Shown here piece after piece: positions 50,949-60,182 of a stretch of DNA of 64,000 bases; position 1 is the first letter of the stretch, and each line of letters opens with the position of its first letter. The translations under genes and the position numbers were made by a program. The notes beneath the pieces were generated by a model. That model saw only the letters and a program-made list of their open reading frames with translations, did no database searches and was not told the DNA's origin. The stretch lies in the IMG/VR virus record IMGVR_UViG_3300045988_104412. One strand, 5' to 3'. The DNA is from a virus.

Positions 50949-52055
50949 ATGTTTGACGAGATTTGCTCAGTATATAAAGAGTCAACCGATGCCGAGGGCC
51001 GTTTTGTTGATCGTGAGACGGGCGAGTGCATCCAGCAGATGACTATCCGTGAGTTCTGTTTAACGGATAGATGGAAGCCGTATGTGCAGCGACTGCGTGC
51101 AATGCGTCAAGAGCTGGGCAGTAAGGCAAAGAAGATGCCGGAGTACATCGAAACGAAGAAGATGCTACCCGGTGCTACGCTTAGTGGGCTGTTTGCTCTC
51201 TACGAAGATGATAGTCTTACCCATCCTGGGCAGCGCGTCATGGTTAGCCGACGCGAAAGTCATCTCAAGCAGCATACTGGTTGGCTCGCCATTGACATTG
51301 ATTTGGCAGACAACTGCCGCTTGAGCAACTTTGAAAACATCCTCATGGTATTGCGTCATCGCCCCGAAGTGGGATTGCTTATGCGTTCATGTTCGGGTAG
51401 CGGCTATTTTGGTTTGGTACGCTTGGCATACCCCGACCGCCATAAGCAGCAGTTTAGAGCATTACTGCAGGAGTATGCTGCCATCGGTATCAGTCTTGAC
51501 AAAGCATGTAGCAACATCGGCCGCGTGCGTTTCGCCTCGTGGGATGATCCCGAGCATATATATATAAATGAACGCGTGGTGCCATACAAGGGCGTTGATG
51601 ATTTGGTTGCCATATCACCATTGCCGAAGCGAGTGTTTGACAATCAAAAGCAATATGGAGATTCTTCTTTAGAATGCCAGCCGAGGCAATCTGGAGGATG
51701 GAAGGATGACACACCTGACATTGTGCTGCGCAAGGCGCGCGTGCTTGTCCGTAAAATAGAGGAGAGAGGAGTGAATATCTGTGGAGGGCATGGCGACTAT
51801 ATTGTTTGGCTCAAATGCGGAATGTCGCTTTACTGCATTGATTCTGTTGAAGGCTACGACATGTGGAAGCGTGTTTCTCGATTTCGCCCGCTCGATGTAA
51901 ACCACGGACACCGAGAATCGGACTTCGTTTCGCCTTGGCGCTCGTTTGGTAGCTATAAAGGAGATAATCCTGTAACCGCGAACTCGTTTTTCAAACTTTG
52001 CAAAGTTAATAATGTAACACTTTCGCGGGATGATATGCGAGAGATTTATGGATAA
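50949..52055 (+). CDS. archaeo-eukaryotic primase-like protein (VirE/BT4734 N-terminal type)
   Basis: KKMLPGATLSGLF ... HTGWLAIDIDLAD (DxD) ... SCSGSGYFGLVRL. Confidence 0.6.
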   Translation: MFDEICSVYKESTDAEGRFVDRETGECIQQMTIREFCLTDRWKPYVQRLRAMRQELGSKAKKMPEYIETKKMLPGATLSGLFALYEDDSLTHPGQRVMVSRRESHLKQHTGWLAIDIDLADNCRLSNFENILMVLRHRPEVGLLMRSCSGSGYFGLVRLAYPDRHKQQFRALLQEYAAIGISLDKACSNIGRVRFASWDDPEHIYINERVVPYKGVDDLVAISPLPKRVFDNQKQYGDSSLECQPRQSGGWKDDTPDIVLRKARVLVRKIEERGVNICGGHGDYIVWLKCGMSLYCIDSVEGYDMWKRVSRFRPLDVNHGHRESDFVSPWRSFGSYKGDNPVTANSFFKLCKVNNVTLSRDDMREIYG

Positions 52056-52128
52056 TTCTCTTTGCTGCGTATTTGTGAAATATTCGATTTTGTAATGTAA
52101 AATCTAAATAAAACGAAAAAGTTCTATT

Positions 52129-53097
52129 ATGATTAAAGAATTTAAAACTCGTACAGGAGCGATTTTTAGTGATACTAAGAATTGTCTTGAGTATTTGTAT
52201 GTTGGCGACTATGGCAAGGAAGCCAACATCAAGGCAGACTTTCTTGGCTTGACCAAGGAGATTAATGGTGTAACCCACAAGAAGGTTGACCTTGAGGATA
52301 AGATGGTCGTTACTATTTCTACTCAAAAAGGATGCCCAATGAAATGTAAGTTCTGCGATTGTCCTAAAGTCGGTTTCCACGGCAATGCCAATGTTAGTGA
52401 CCTACGAGCAGAAGTAATGTCGGCTATCGTTCGTTCAGGGTGTCAGCATACAAAGCGCTTCAACCTTCACCTGGCTCGTATGGGTGAACCGTCTTTCAAT
52501 TGGGATAACATCAAGATCTATTTGCTTTGTTATCTTAAGGATGATGTTAGTGTGTTCATGGATGCAGATGTTATTCATCCTGTATTTACGACCATGCTTC
52601 CGCGTACTTTGGGACGTAATACGCTTAAACGTATTCTCGGCGAGTTTTGTCAAGTTAAGAATTGCGAGTTTAGAGGTGAAGCCGGATTGCAGTTGTCTAT
52701 AAACTCTACAGATGAAGAGCAACGTAATGATTTGTTCCGCGGGCTATCTTTGTCTTTGCAGGAAATTTCAGAGATTTGTCAGGACTTGCCCATGCCGGTT
52801 GGCAGAAAATATACGCTAAACTTTCCCGTTACCAGGAATACGATATTGGACCCTGTTGTCTTGGATAAACTTTTTGATAAGGAAAAATTCATTGTGAAGA
52901 TAACCCCTATTCACGAGACGAAAGAGGCTATAAGCAATGGCATCCAGACAGAGGAGGGATATTACACATACGACGTCTATAAACAGTTTGAGAAACCGCT
53001 TGTCAAAGCAGGTTGGGATGTGATCGTTTTTGTTCCTTCAGTGGAAGAAGACGAGGACAGAATAACTTGTGGCAACGCCATTTTGAGTGAACATTAA
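52129..53097 (+). CDS. RlmN/Cfr-like radical SAM methyl-transfer enzyme, short form
   Basis: [30 protein letters not shown] vs RlmN [54 protein letters not shown]; C-terminal TCGNAIL vs AACGQLA. Confidence 0.7.
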   Translation: [322 protein letters not shown]

Positions 53098-53107
53098 GAG
53101 TAATAAT

Positions 53108-53605
53108 ATGAAACTGATAACGATTACTGGCCCGAGTGGTGCAGGAAAAGATACAGTTGCTCGGATGCTGTCCGATTTGGGCGATTATAAAGTGATATGT
53201 TCTTATACCACACGTCCGAAGCGTGAAGGCGAGATTGACGGCGTGGAGCATCACTTTGTAGAGAAGTGCGATGTGCCGCATGACAATATGCTGGCTTATA
53301 CGCAATATGGCGGTTATGAATATTGGACCACCGTAGAGCAGGTGGGCGATAAGGTTATTTATGTTATCGACGAAGATGGACTGAAGTCGCTTTGCGAGAA
53401 GTTTCCTGATATAGAACTGTTCAAAATTTGCGTGTCGGCAAAGGAACGCACCCGGCTTCGCCGAGGTGTTACCCCTGAACGCATGGCACGCGACAAGCGG
53501 CGCAAACGTCTACCTTTGTCATTCTACGATGCTGTGATCTTTAACAACGATTCGCCTGGTGATCTGCGTGACGAAGTGTTGCGCGTAAGATACATGATTC
53601 AATAA
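53108..53605 (+). CDS. guanylate-kinase-like nucleoside monophosphate kinase
   Basis: ITGPSGAGKDT P-loop; SYTTRPKREGEIDGVEHHFV; ATG 53108 preferred over GTG 53087. Confidence 0.8.
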   Translation: MKLITITGPSGAGKDTVARMLSDLGDYKVICSYTTRPKREGEIDGVEHHFVEKCDVPHDNMLAYTQYGGYEYWTTVEQVGDKVIYVIDEDGLKSLCEKFPDIELFKICVSAKERTRLRRGVTPERMARDKRRKRLPLSFYDAVIFNNDSPGDLRDEVLRVRYMIQ

Positions 53606-53665
53606 AAACGATTGTGGCAATGAGAATGCACTATCTATTAAATAACAAATTAAGATTCGTAAGCA

Positions 53666-54562
53666 ATGAAATTGATAAGCAGTTCAGTGGAATGGTGGCA
53701 GCAGCAGAATCTGTCGCAGCACATCGCACGAGTAGGCAGGGTGTGTTACAAGTCAAAGGGTAAGCAGCCCGACGAGAATATGTCGGCAGAGGAAGCGGAA
53801 GCCTTCATTCAGAAGCGTGACGAAGAACGCTGCAAGGGCTTCTGGGAAAGCGGACACCGTTCGATGTACCGACATGGCACAAGATACTTCTTTCTGCCCA
53901 ACGAGAAAGGATTTCCAAACTACGTCTGGGCATACCTAAACGCTTCTCCCTATATCGACTATGCCACGAAGGAACACAAGGTTTGGATTAGTGCTAATCT
54001 GCAGGTCTTGCTTGAGAACGGCGATATGTTTGAGTCATTAAAGCAATACTCTGTAACCGAAGACGAGTTTATCGAGAAGGCAATGAAGTATAAATGCGAG
54101 TCGGCTTTTGCCATTTTACGTATGACATTTGCTGTCACTACGCAGATAAGCACGTCGCGTGAGCTGAATCGCAAGTCGCCCAACAGCATTGCTGAGCAGA
54201 GCACGCGCTATTGTAACCTTGAAAAGAAAGGTGGCGTACAGATAGCGCGTCCACATTGGTATCTTTACGGCACACGTCTGCAGTGCATGGTATATAGCTT
54301 TGTATGCCGAGTTTGTGAGTGGGGATATAACCGACTTCTAAAGCTGGGCTTAAAGCCGGAAGATGCACGTGGTGTATTGCCTCTTGATACCTACACGGTG
54401 GCGGTGTATACATACACCATCGCCGAGTGGAAAGAGATTATAGACCTTCGCTATCATGGCAAAACCGGCAAGCCACATCCTAATGCGCATTTTGTAGCGG
54501 AGCGCATACGCAACATTATCCTGCGGCGTATGCGTGAGTATTTACCTGAGTTTGAGATTTAA
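53666..54562 (+). CDS. ThyX-like (flavin-dependent thymidylate synthase fold) protein with divergent signature
   Basis: IARVGRVCYKS, ESGHRSMYRHGTRYFF, SRELNRKSPNSIAEQSTRY (SxRY kept, RHR replaced by NRK), ARGVLPLDTYT...IIDLRYH. Confidence 0.6.
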   Translation: MKLISSSVEWWQQQNLSQHIARVGRVCYKSKGKQPDENMSAEEAEAFIQKRDEERCKGFWESGHRSMYRHGTRYFFLPNEKGFPNYVWAYLNASPYIDYATKEHKVWISANLQVLLENGDMFESLKQYSVTEDEFIEKAMKYKCESAFAILRMTFAVTTQISTSRELNRKSPNSIAEQSTRYCNLEKKGGVQIARPHWYLYGTRLQCMVYSFVCRVCEWGYNRLLKLGLKPEDARGVLPLDTYTVAVYTYTIAEWKEIIDLRYHGKTGKPHPNAHFVAERIRNIILRRMREYLPEFEI

Positions 54563-54649
54563 ACAAAATACTACATTATGACAAATGAGCGTTAGACTTT
54601 ACGTGTTTGTTTATATCAATAACCGACCTTATGATAAATAGCATGAATT

Positions 54650-55606
54650 ATGGCTAAATCCAACCCTATCAAAGCAAGAGAGCAGTTTGTGCGCAATCAG
54701 CCCACAATCTACTCTTTCGATTTCAAAGATGTACCTTCGGGCAAGTATGCTGAAACATTGGATGTTCTCTTTCATAACCCCGACTATAGTGAAGCTGTTG
54801 AGAAGCGCAACCGTCTTGTGAAGTCTGCAGAACGGTTGCGTCCAGGTTCAAGCGAGATGATTAACCTCGTGAGAACTATTCAGCAGCACGATCGCAAATT
54901 GGCAGACATCATGTATTCTTCAATCGTTCAGACCAACCTGCACTCTGATGTCGGCTACGATTTTCTTTCGTTTAGCACTCTGCTGAAGTATTATGTTGAC
55001 TACAAGAAAGACGGTATGCGTGAACGTGCCAACCGCATGGCTGCCAATCTCGACAAGGTTACGTTTCTCGCCGATATGCTCGAAAGCATCGTTACCGATG
55101 TGAAAGCTGATATGCGTGAGGTGTTCGACGGCAGCATTGAGTTCAATCAGTTTGACGCCGTATTGAAGGTTCTTACCCAATTGAGAGGATTCTTCAAGTC
55201 GGCTCGCCGTGGTGATGCCGACTCACTTGAAGCGAAGCTCTATTTTGATTACTCTGATTCCATAAACGAGTATATAGAGAAACGACTGAAGACGTACACC
55301 GCAAAGTATCGCAAGATACACCCTGCTGAAAAGACCTATACTGAAGCAGACCTCATTGAAGGCCTTAACCAGTTCTTTGGTTGTCATGCTAAGTTCGACT
55401 TGAGTTTTATTGCTCACACCGAGTCGGGAGGTTGCTATATTGACATTGCGAAGCTCTGCCAGAATCTCAATCGCAACGAAATGGAGATATTTGAGAAAGT
55501 CTCCGGCAAAATGAAGTCGAACAACGTAACCAACGACGCTCTGCGCAATTGTTTCAACGCCACTGATTTAATAATGAGCCGCTATAAGCGACCGAAACTA
55601 AAGTAA
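54650..55606 (+). CDS. hypothetical protein
   Basis: 318-aa ORF. Confidence 0.55.
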   Translation: MAKSNPIKAREQFVRNQPTIYSFDFKDVPSGKYAETLDVLFHNPDYSEAVEKRNRLVKSAERLRPGSSEMINLVRTIQQHDRKLADIMYSSIVQTNLHSDVGYDFLSFSTLLKYYVDYKKDGMRERANRMAANLDKVTFLADMLESIVTDVKADMREVFDGSIEFNQFDAVLKVLTQLRGFFKSARRGDADSLEAKLYFDYSDSINEYIEKRLKTYTAKYRKIHPAEKTYTEADLIEGLNQFFGCHAKFDLSFIAHTESGGCYIDIAKLCQNLNRNEMEIFEKVSGKMKSNNVTNDALRNCFNATDLIMSRYKRPKLK

Positions 55607-55612
55607 TAAGCC

Positions 55613-56347
55613 ATGCCTAATATCTACCTTCGTCTACCCTCCAGTCGTTGCCAGTTCTTTCGCAACCGCGACCCGAAGCACGTACTTGCAAAGGACGAGC
55701 CGTTGGTGTTCAGCCCGTATATGCCTCACCACTTTGTCTTGCGCAAGCATATAACCAATATTCCTGCCGTTACGCAAAAAGTGAATCCGCAATGTTTCTC
55801 ACACCAGCAGTGGCGCAACATGATGCAGGGCAAACATCCCAATGGTGGCGAAGTTGTTACAAAGCGCGATCCGCATGAATACTTGTCTTTTGGCGAGGTT
55901 CAGCGGCTTAGTGGAAGGCAAGATTACGCTAAGAGTGACAATGAAGACTATCTGTGCATAAAGTTGCCTTCGGAGGTAGAGGTGGTTGACGTGGTTCGCC
56001 AGGTTACGCCGGCATGGAATTTGAGCACACGCGGCATCCGTCAGTTGCTTATCATGCTAAATGATGATTTTAAGCGTAGCGTTGTGGAATGGGCTTTAGC
56101 TACATTCGATTATTGCACATCAAACAAGCGTATCATTTGCCGACGTCAAACAGCCATGCTTGAGCGTTTCTTGATGCGCTACGGCATAGATCAGAACGAG
56201 AACGAAAAAGACACCCTGCGTCGTATCATCAACCGATGGTTGACCTCAGACCATAGCAATTTTAAAGCTTACTCGTGTGCTGATATGCAGTATATAGACG
56301 ACAGCGAGAAGGTTTACTTCGTAGATGATGTATTGTTTGACGATTAA
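55613..56347 (+). CDS. hypothetical protein
   Basis: 244-aa ORF. Confidence 0.55.
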   Translation: MPNIYLRLPSSRCQFFRNRDPKHVLAKDEPLVFSPYMPHHFVLRKHITNIPAVTQKVNPQCFSHQQWRNMMQGKHPNGGEVVTKRDPHEYLSFGEVQRLSGRQDYAKSDNEDYLCIKLPSEVEVVDVVRQVTPAWNLSTRGIRQLLIMLNDDFKRSVVEWALATFDYCTSNKRIICRRQTAMLERFLMRYGIDQNENEKDTLRRIINRWLTSDHSNFKAYSCADMQYIDDSEKVYFVDDVLFDD

Positions 56348-56416
56348 AGTTGTGTAAACAAGAGTTAATTTAAAGTTTAAAACAAGTTAAAAAACAACCC
56401 TTTTAAGTGTACAAAA

Positions 56417-56908
56417 ATGCGGACTACCAATAAATGTAGAGAATTGTTCCTTGACGGCATCACTGATGTGATGTTTTACCCAAAGGACTCTTGCGTTTTC
56501 CCCATACCATTCAGCATGGCGCAAGTTTTATATATTAACGATTGCAAATTGCCCGACGAGCCCACCTTGCGACTGGCTACGAGTGGCGAGGACTTCGTTG
56601 TTGTTGAGAATCTCAGCGTAAAGGTGACGTTTCCCAAGCAGGGTAATGACACCATATACACCTATGATATTAGTACAAATGTGGTAGATGGAGGCGAAAA
56701 TGTGCGTGAAGCTTACCGAAGTATGCGCGGAAAAGACTATTATGTTGTATTGCGAAAGGAAGATGGCTCACTGCAGTTGTGCTACTCTTTGCCTCACACC
56801 TTTGGTATGGGTGGCACTCTGACCAACAGCCAGACGGAGTTGGCACGAACCTTCACCGCCACTACGCAAGCCCTTTCGGAGCCAATACCTATCACACTTC
56901 GAGAATAA
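56417..56908 (+). CDS. hypothetical protein
   Basis: 163-aa ORF. Confidence 0.55.
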   Translation: MRTTNKCRELFLDGITDVMFYPKDSCVFPIPFSMAQVLYINDCKLPDEPTLRLATSGEDFVVVENLSVKVTFPKQGNDTIYTYDISTNVVDGGENVREAYRSMRGKDYYVVLRKEDGSLQLCYSLPHTFGMGGTLTNSQTELARTFTATTQALSEPIPITLRE

Positions 56909-56951
56909 CAAGAGAATGGTTCATTTTTTAAACCTTATAGTATTACGTTAG

Positions 56952-56977
56952 AGCCGCTGTTCGTGAGAATGGCGGCT
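56952..56977 (+). terminator. intrinsic terminator with GTGA tetraloop
   Basis: AGCCGC-tgTTC-GTGA-GAAtg-GCGGCT followed by TTTTT. Confidence 0.7.
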
Positions 56978-57033
56978 TTTTTGTCCTTACACTAAAAACT
57001 TCGGTCTTTAATTTTGCATACGGATAACAACAC

Positions 57034-57107
57034 AGCGGAGTGGTAGCAGCTGGCAGCTCACTTGGCTCATAACCAAGAGGTCGATGGTTCGAGTCCATCC
57101 TCCGCAA
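57034..57107 (+). tRNA. tRNA with CAU anticodon (Met, or Ile2 if lysidinylated)
   Basis: 74 nt: acceptor AGCGGAG/CTCCGCA (6 bp, A1/A72 mismatch), anticodon arm CTTGG-CTCATAA-CCAAG (CAT 57068-57070), T-arm GATGG-TTCGAGT-CCATC; D-stem only 3 clean bp; no encoded CCA. Confidence 0.75.
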
Positions 57108-57171
57108 CTTTTAACAACCAGGTAAAAAGGTTGTATTCAGGATAACACAACACAAAACACAGATTTTACTA

Positions 57172-58830
57172 ATGAAAGGCTTATTTGAAATACTTACCGA
57201 AAAGAAGTGGATGGTTAGTCCCGACTTTGTGCATGGTATTCGCAAGTCGCTTGAGCACAATCTAAACACTCATGCGGTCTTCATCAAGCCGGAGAAGAAC
57301 TGCGGATATGTCACAGCAAATGATGCCGAGGGCAAGACCTACTATCCAGAGGAATATCAGATTTCAGAGGATGGTAAGCAGGTGAGAGGCAACTGGTGTC
57401 TGGACCTTCCTGCTGATGACGAGTATGCGCAGACGTTTCCTTTCGTTTCGGTTCTTACTGTTGACGGCCCTATCACTCGCAACGGCGGCTATTGTTCGTA
57501 TGGTTCTATAGACCATCGCGACATGATGATGCGAGCAGCCGATCATCCTCTTTGTCGCGGTCACGTTTTCATCATCAACACTCCTGGCGGTTCTGCTTGG
57601 GCAAAGAACGATTATGCTCTTGCCATAGACTATGCCCACTCAAAGGGTCAGAAAGTTATAGCCTTGGTTGATGGTCTTTGCGCTTCGGCTGGAATGTACC
57701 TCGCTTCGCTTTGCGACGAGCGCTATTACATGAACCCGAAAGACCAGATTGGTTGTATCGGTGTAATGGCAGCGTTCTATACTTTGCCGGATGGCGCAAA
57801 AGCCAAGTATAGCGATGAGACCTATCACGAAATCTACGATCCTAAGTCATTTGACAAGAACAAGGCTTACCGCGACATCGCTAATAAGGATGATGACAAG
57901 GAACTTATCAAGGAACTTGCCGATCTTGGCGTTGAGTTCCGTGCCGATGTTAAGAAGGCTTGCCCTAATGCTACCGACGAGAACCTGCATGGTAAGGTGT
58001 TCAATGCCGAGGACGTGAAGGGCATTTTGATGGATGGTCAGTCATCATTTATGGGAGTGGTGCAACACGCCTTTGAGCTTTATGATGGCAGAGCTGAACT
58101 TATCAATCGTGAGCAGACGATTGAGCCACAAGATGAGCCGGAGAATGAGCCAGAATCAGAGAAGCCGGAGGAAGCAACCAACACAAACACAAATATAAAT
58201 ATGGAGAATTACCCATTGATTTGTTCTGCTTGCGGATTGCAGGCTGGCGAGATAGCCGTTACGGAAGAGGGCGCGTACATGAACGCCTCGCTTCTTGACT
58301 CTCTCGAAGCCCACATGAAGGAAGCTGAGCAGAAGGTGACTGACGCAGAGCAGAAAGTCACTACAGCGGAGAACGCTCTCGCGGAATTGCAGGGCAAGTT
58401 CGATGAACTCTCCGCCCAGGTAAACGCAGCCAACGAAGCAAAGGCAGTCGCGGAGAACGCACTTGTCCAGGCTAAGGAGGCTCACAGTAAAGAACTAAAC
58501 GACCTTAACGCGCAGCACACTGAAGCCATTGCCAAGAAGGACGACGAGTTGAAAGCTCTCACCGAGGCAAAGGAGAAGGCCGAAATCGAATTTCAGGGCG
58601 CTAAGGACGCACTCGCCACAGCCGAGCAGACCATTGCTGACAAGCAGGCTCAGCTTGCTGCCCTCACCAATGAGGCCGGCGAAGAGATGAACAGCGGCGA
58701 GGCTCCTGAGAACAATGGCGAGGGAGTAAAGGTCAAATCCTTGCGTACCTTTGATGGTAGCAAGTACAAGACCAACGTTGAGCGAAAGGCTGCTTTCCAG
58801 CGCTTCCTGCATGGCGAGGAAGAGAAGTAA
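57172..58830 (+). CDS. S49 (SppA/ClpP-fold) prohead protease fused to coiled-coil scaffold region
   Basis: HVFIINTPGGSAWA, LVDGLCASAGMYLASLCD; C-terminal 200 aa of A/E/K coiled coil. Confidence 0.8.
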   Translation: MKGLFEILTEKKWMVSPDFVHGIRKSLEHNLNTHAVFIKPEKNCGYVTANDAEGKTYYPEEYQISEDGKQVRGNWCLDLPADDEYAQTFPFVSVLTVDGPITRNGGYCSYGSIDHRDMMMRAADHPLCRGHVFIINTPGGSAWAKNDYALAIDYAHSKGQKVIALVDGLCASAGMYLASLCDERYYMNPKDQIGCIGVMAAFYTLPDGAKAKYSDETYHEIYDPKSFDKNKAYRDIANKDDDKELIKELADLGVEFRADVKKACPNATDENLHGKVFNAEDVKGILMDGQSSFMGVVQHAFELYDGRAELINREQTIEPQDEPENEPESEKPEEATNTNTNINMENYPLICSACGLQAGEIAVTEEGAYMNASLLDSLEAHMKEAEQKVTDAEQKVTTAENALAELQGKFDELSAQVNAANEAKAVAENALVQAKEAHSKELNDLNAQHTEAIAKKDDELKALTEAKEKAEIEFQGAKDALATAEQTIADKQAQLAALTNEAGEEMNSGEAPENNGEGVKVKSLRTFDGSKYKTNVERKAAFQRFLHGEEEK

Positions 58831-58889
58831 AAACTCTCAACCAACACAAACAACAAAAACATTAACAAAGACACAAAAACACAACAATT

Positions 58890-60182
58890 ATGGCAAATTT
58901 ACCTAAAGATTTTATCGGCCTTGACGCGCTTCAGCACGTAGCCGAGGAGGTTTCTAAGGAAATTGTAATGGGTCCGGGTTATTCGGATGCAGAAGAGATG
59001 GACCGCCTTGGTATTGACATTGTCACTGGTGTTCAGTTCAAGCGCACTTTCCACTTGTTCATTCGCAAGGGTGGCACCACACGTCGTAAGGACGTTCACC
59101 GCGAGATTAACAGCGAGGCTGGTTTCTTGAAAGAGCGCACCCTTGTTGCCAAGCTCTCTTGGGATAAGTTTCCTGGCAACATCGACGACTTCTGTGAGAC
59201 AGTATTCGGAACAGACGCTCAGGGTCAGTTCCCTCTCTCCTCGCAGGCAGTAGAGGCAATCCTAAAGGACTACGCCGACAACCTCGCAGCTAACCTTTGG
59301 TTTGGCGACATTTCGCTCGACAATGGCGACGACAGTGTTCCTGCCCATGATCAGGCAATGGCGCTCTACGACGGTTTCCACACCTGCATCAAGCACGACA
59401 TCGAGGATGGCCTTATTTCAGAGGCTAACGGCAACCTCGTTCCTTGTGAGGCTATCTCCGCTCCAGCTAACAACGACGACTCTTCGCCTTACGACAACTT
59501 CTTGGCTTGGCACATGAAGTGGGATGAGCGTCTGCGCAAGGTTCCTACACGTGTCTACATGAACGAGACCACAGCTATGAACATCGCTGCCGGTTATGCC
59601 AATAAGTTCCACGGCAACTTCCGGGTAGACTACAATCAGGGCGACAACTTCAAGTTGCCTGGACTCTCAAAGGTTACTATCTGTCCTATCTCTGGCTTCG
59701 GCGAGGGCGACCGTATGTACGCTACCATCGACAAGAACTTTGTTTATGGCGTTGACACCTTGAGTAACCAGCAGTATGTAAGTGTTCGCCTCGGTTCTGA
59801 CCGAGACCACAGAGACCTGTCTTTCCAGATTCAGAGTATTCAGGGTTGCGGTACGAGATCTTTCTTGCGTAGCGCTCTATGCGTCAGCGACGGTTCGCTC
59901 GTTGCTCCTGAGTATGTAGCAGGCGACTACGACAACACTAAGCTCGTTGTCACACTCGCAGGCACCGACGGCCAGAAGCCAGACGGCACTGTTAAGGTGA
60001 ACGGTTCTGCTTACACCAAGCCTCTCGACACCACACCTAACCAGATTCTCACTCTTGAGGCAACCGACGGCACCAACTATAAGTTTGATAGCTGGAGCAA
60101 CGGCAAGAAGGACAAGAAAATCCAGCTCACTGCCACTGGCATGAACATGGGCTTGACAGCCTTCTTCAAGAAAGGCAGCTAA
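58890..60182 (+). CDS. major capsid protein candidate with C-terminal beta-sandwich (Listeria-Bacteroides repeat-like) extension
   Basis: Position directly after protease/scaffold; 430 aa; tail ...ILTLEATDGTNYKFDSWSNGKKDKKIQLTATGMNMGLTAFF. Confidence 0.6.
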   Translation: MANLPKDFIGLDALQHVAEEVSKEIVMGPGYSDAEEMDRLGIDIVTGVQFKRTFHLFIRKGGTTRRKDVHREINSEAGFLKERTLVAKLSWDKFPGNIDDFCETVFGTDAQGQFPLSSQAVEAILKDYADNLAANLWFGDISLDNGDDSVPAHDQAMALYDGFHTCIKHDIEDGLISEANGNLVPCEAISAPANNDDSSPYDNFLAWHMKWDERLRKVPTRVYMNETTAMNIAAGYANKFHGNFRVDYNQGDNFKLPGLSKVTICPISGFGEGDRMYATIDKNFVYGVDTLSNQQYVSVRLGSDRDHRDLSFQIQSIQGCGTRSFLRSALCVSDGSLVAPEYVAGDYDNTKLVVTLAGTDGQKPDGTVKVNGSAYTKPLDTTPNQILTLEATDGTNYKFDSWSNGKKDKKIQLTATGMNMGLTAFFKKGS

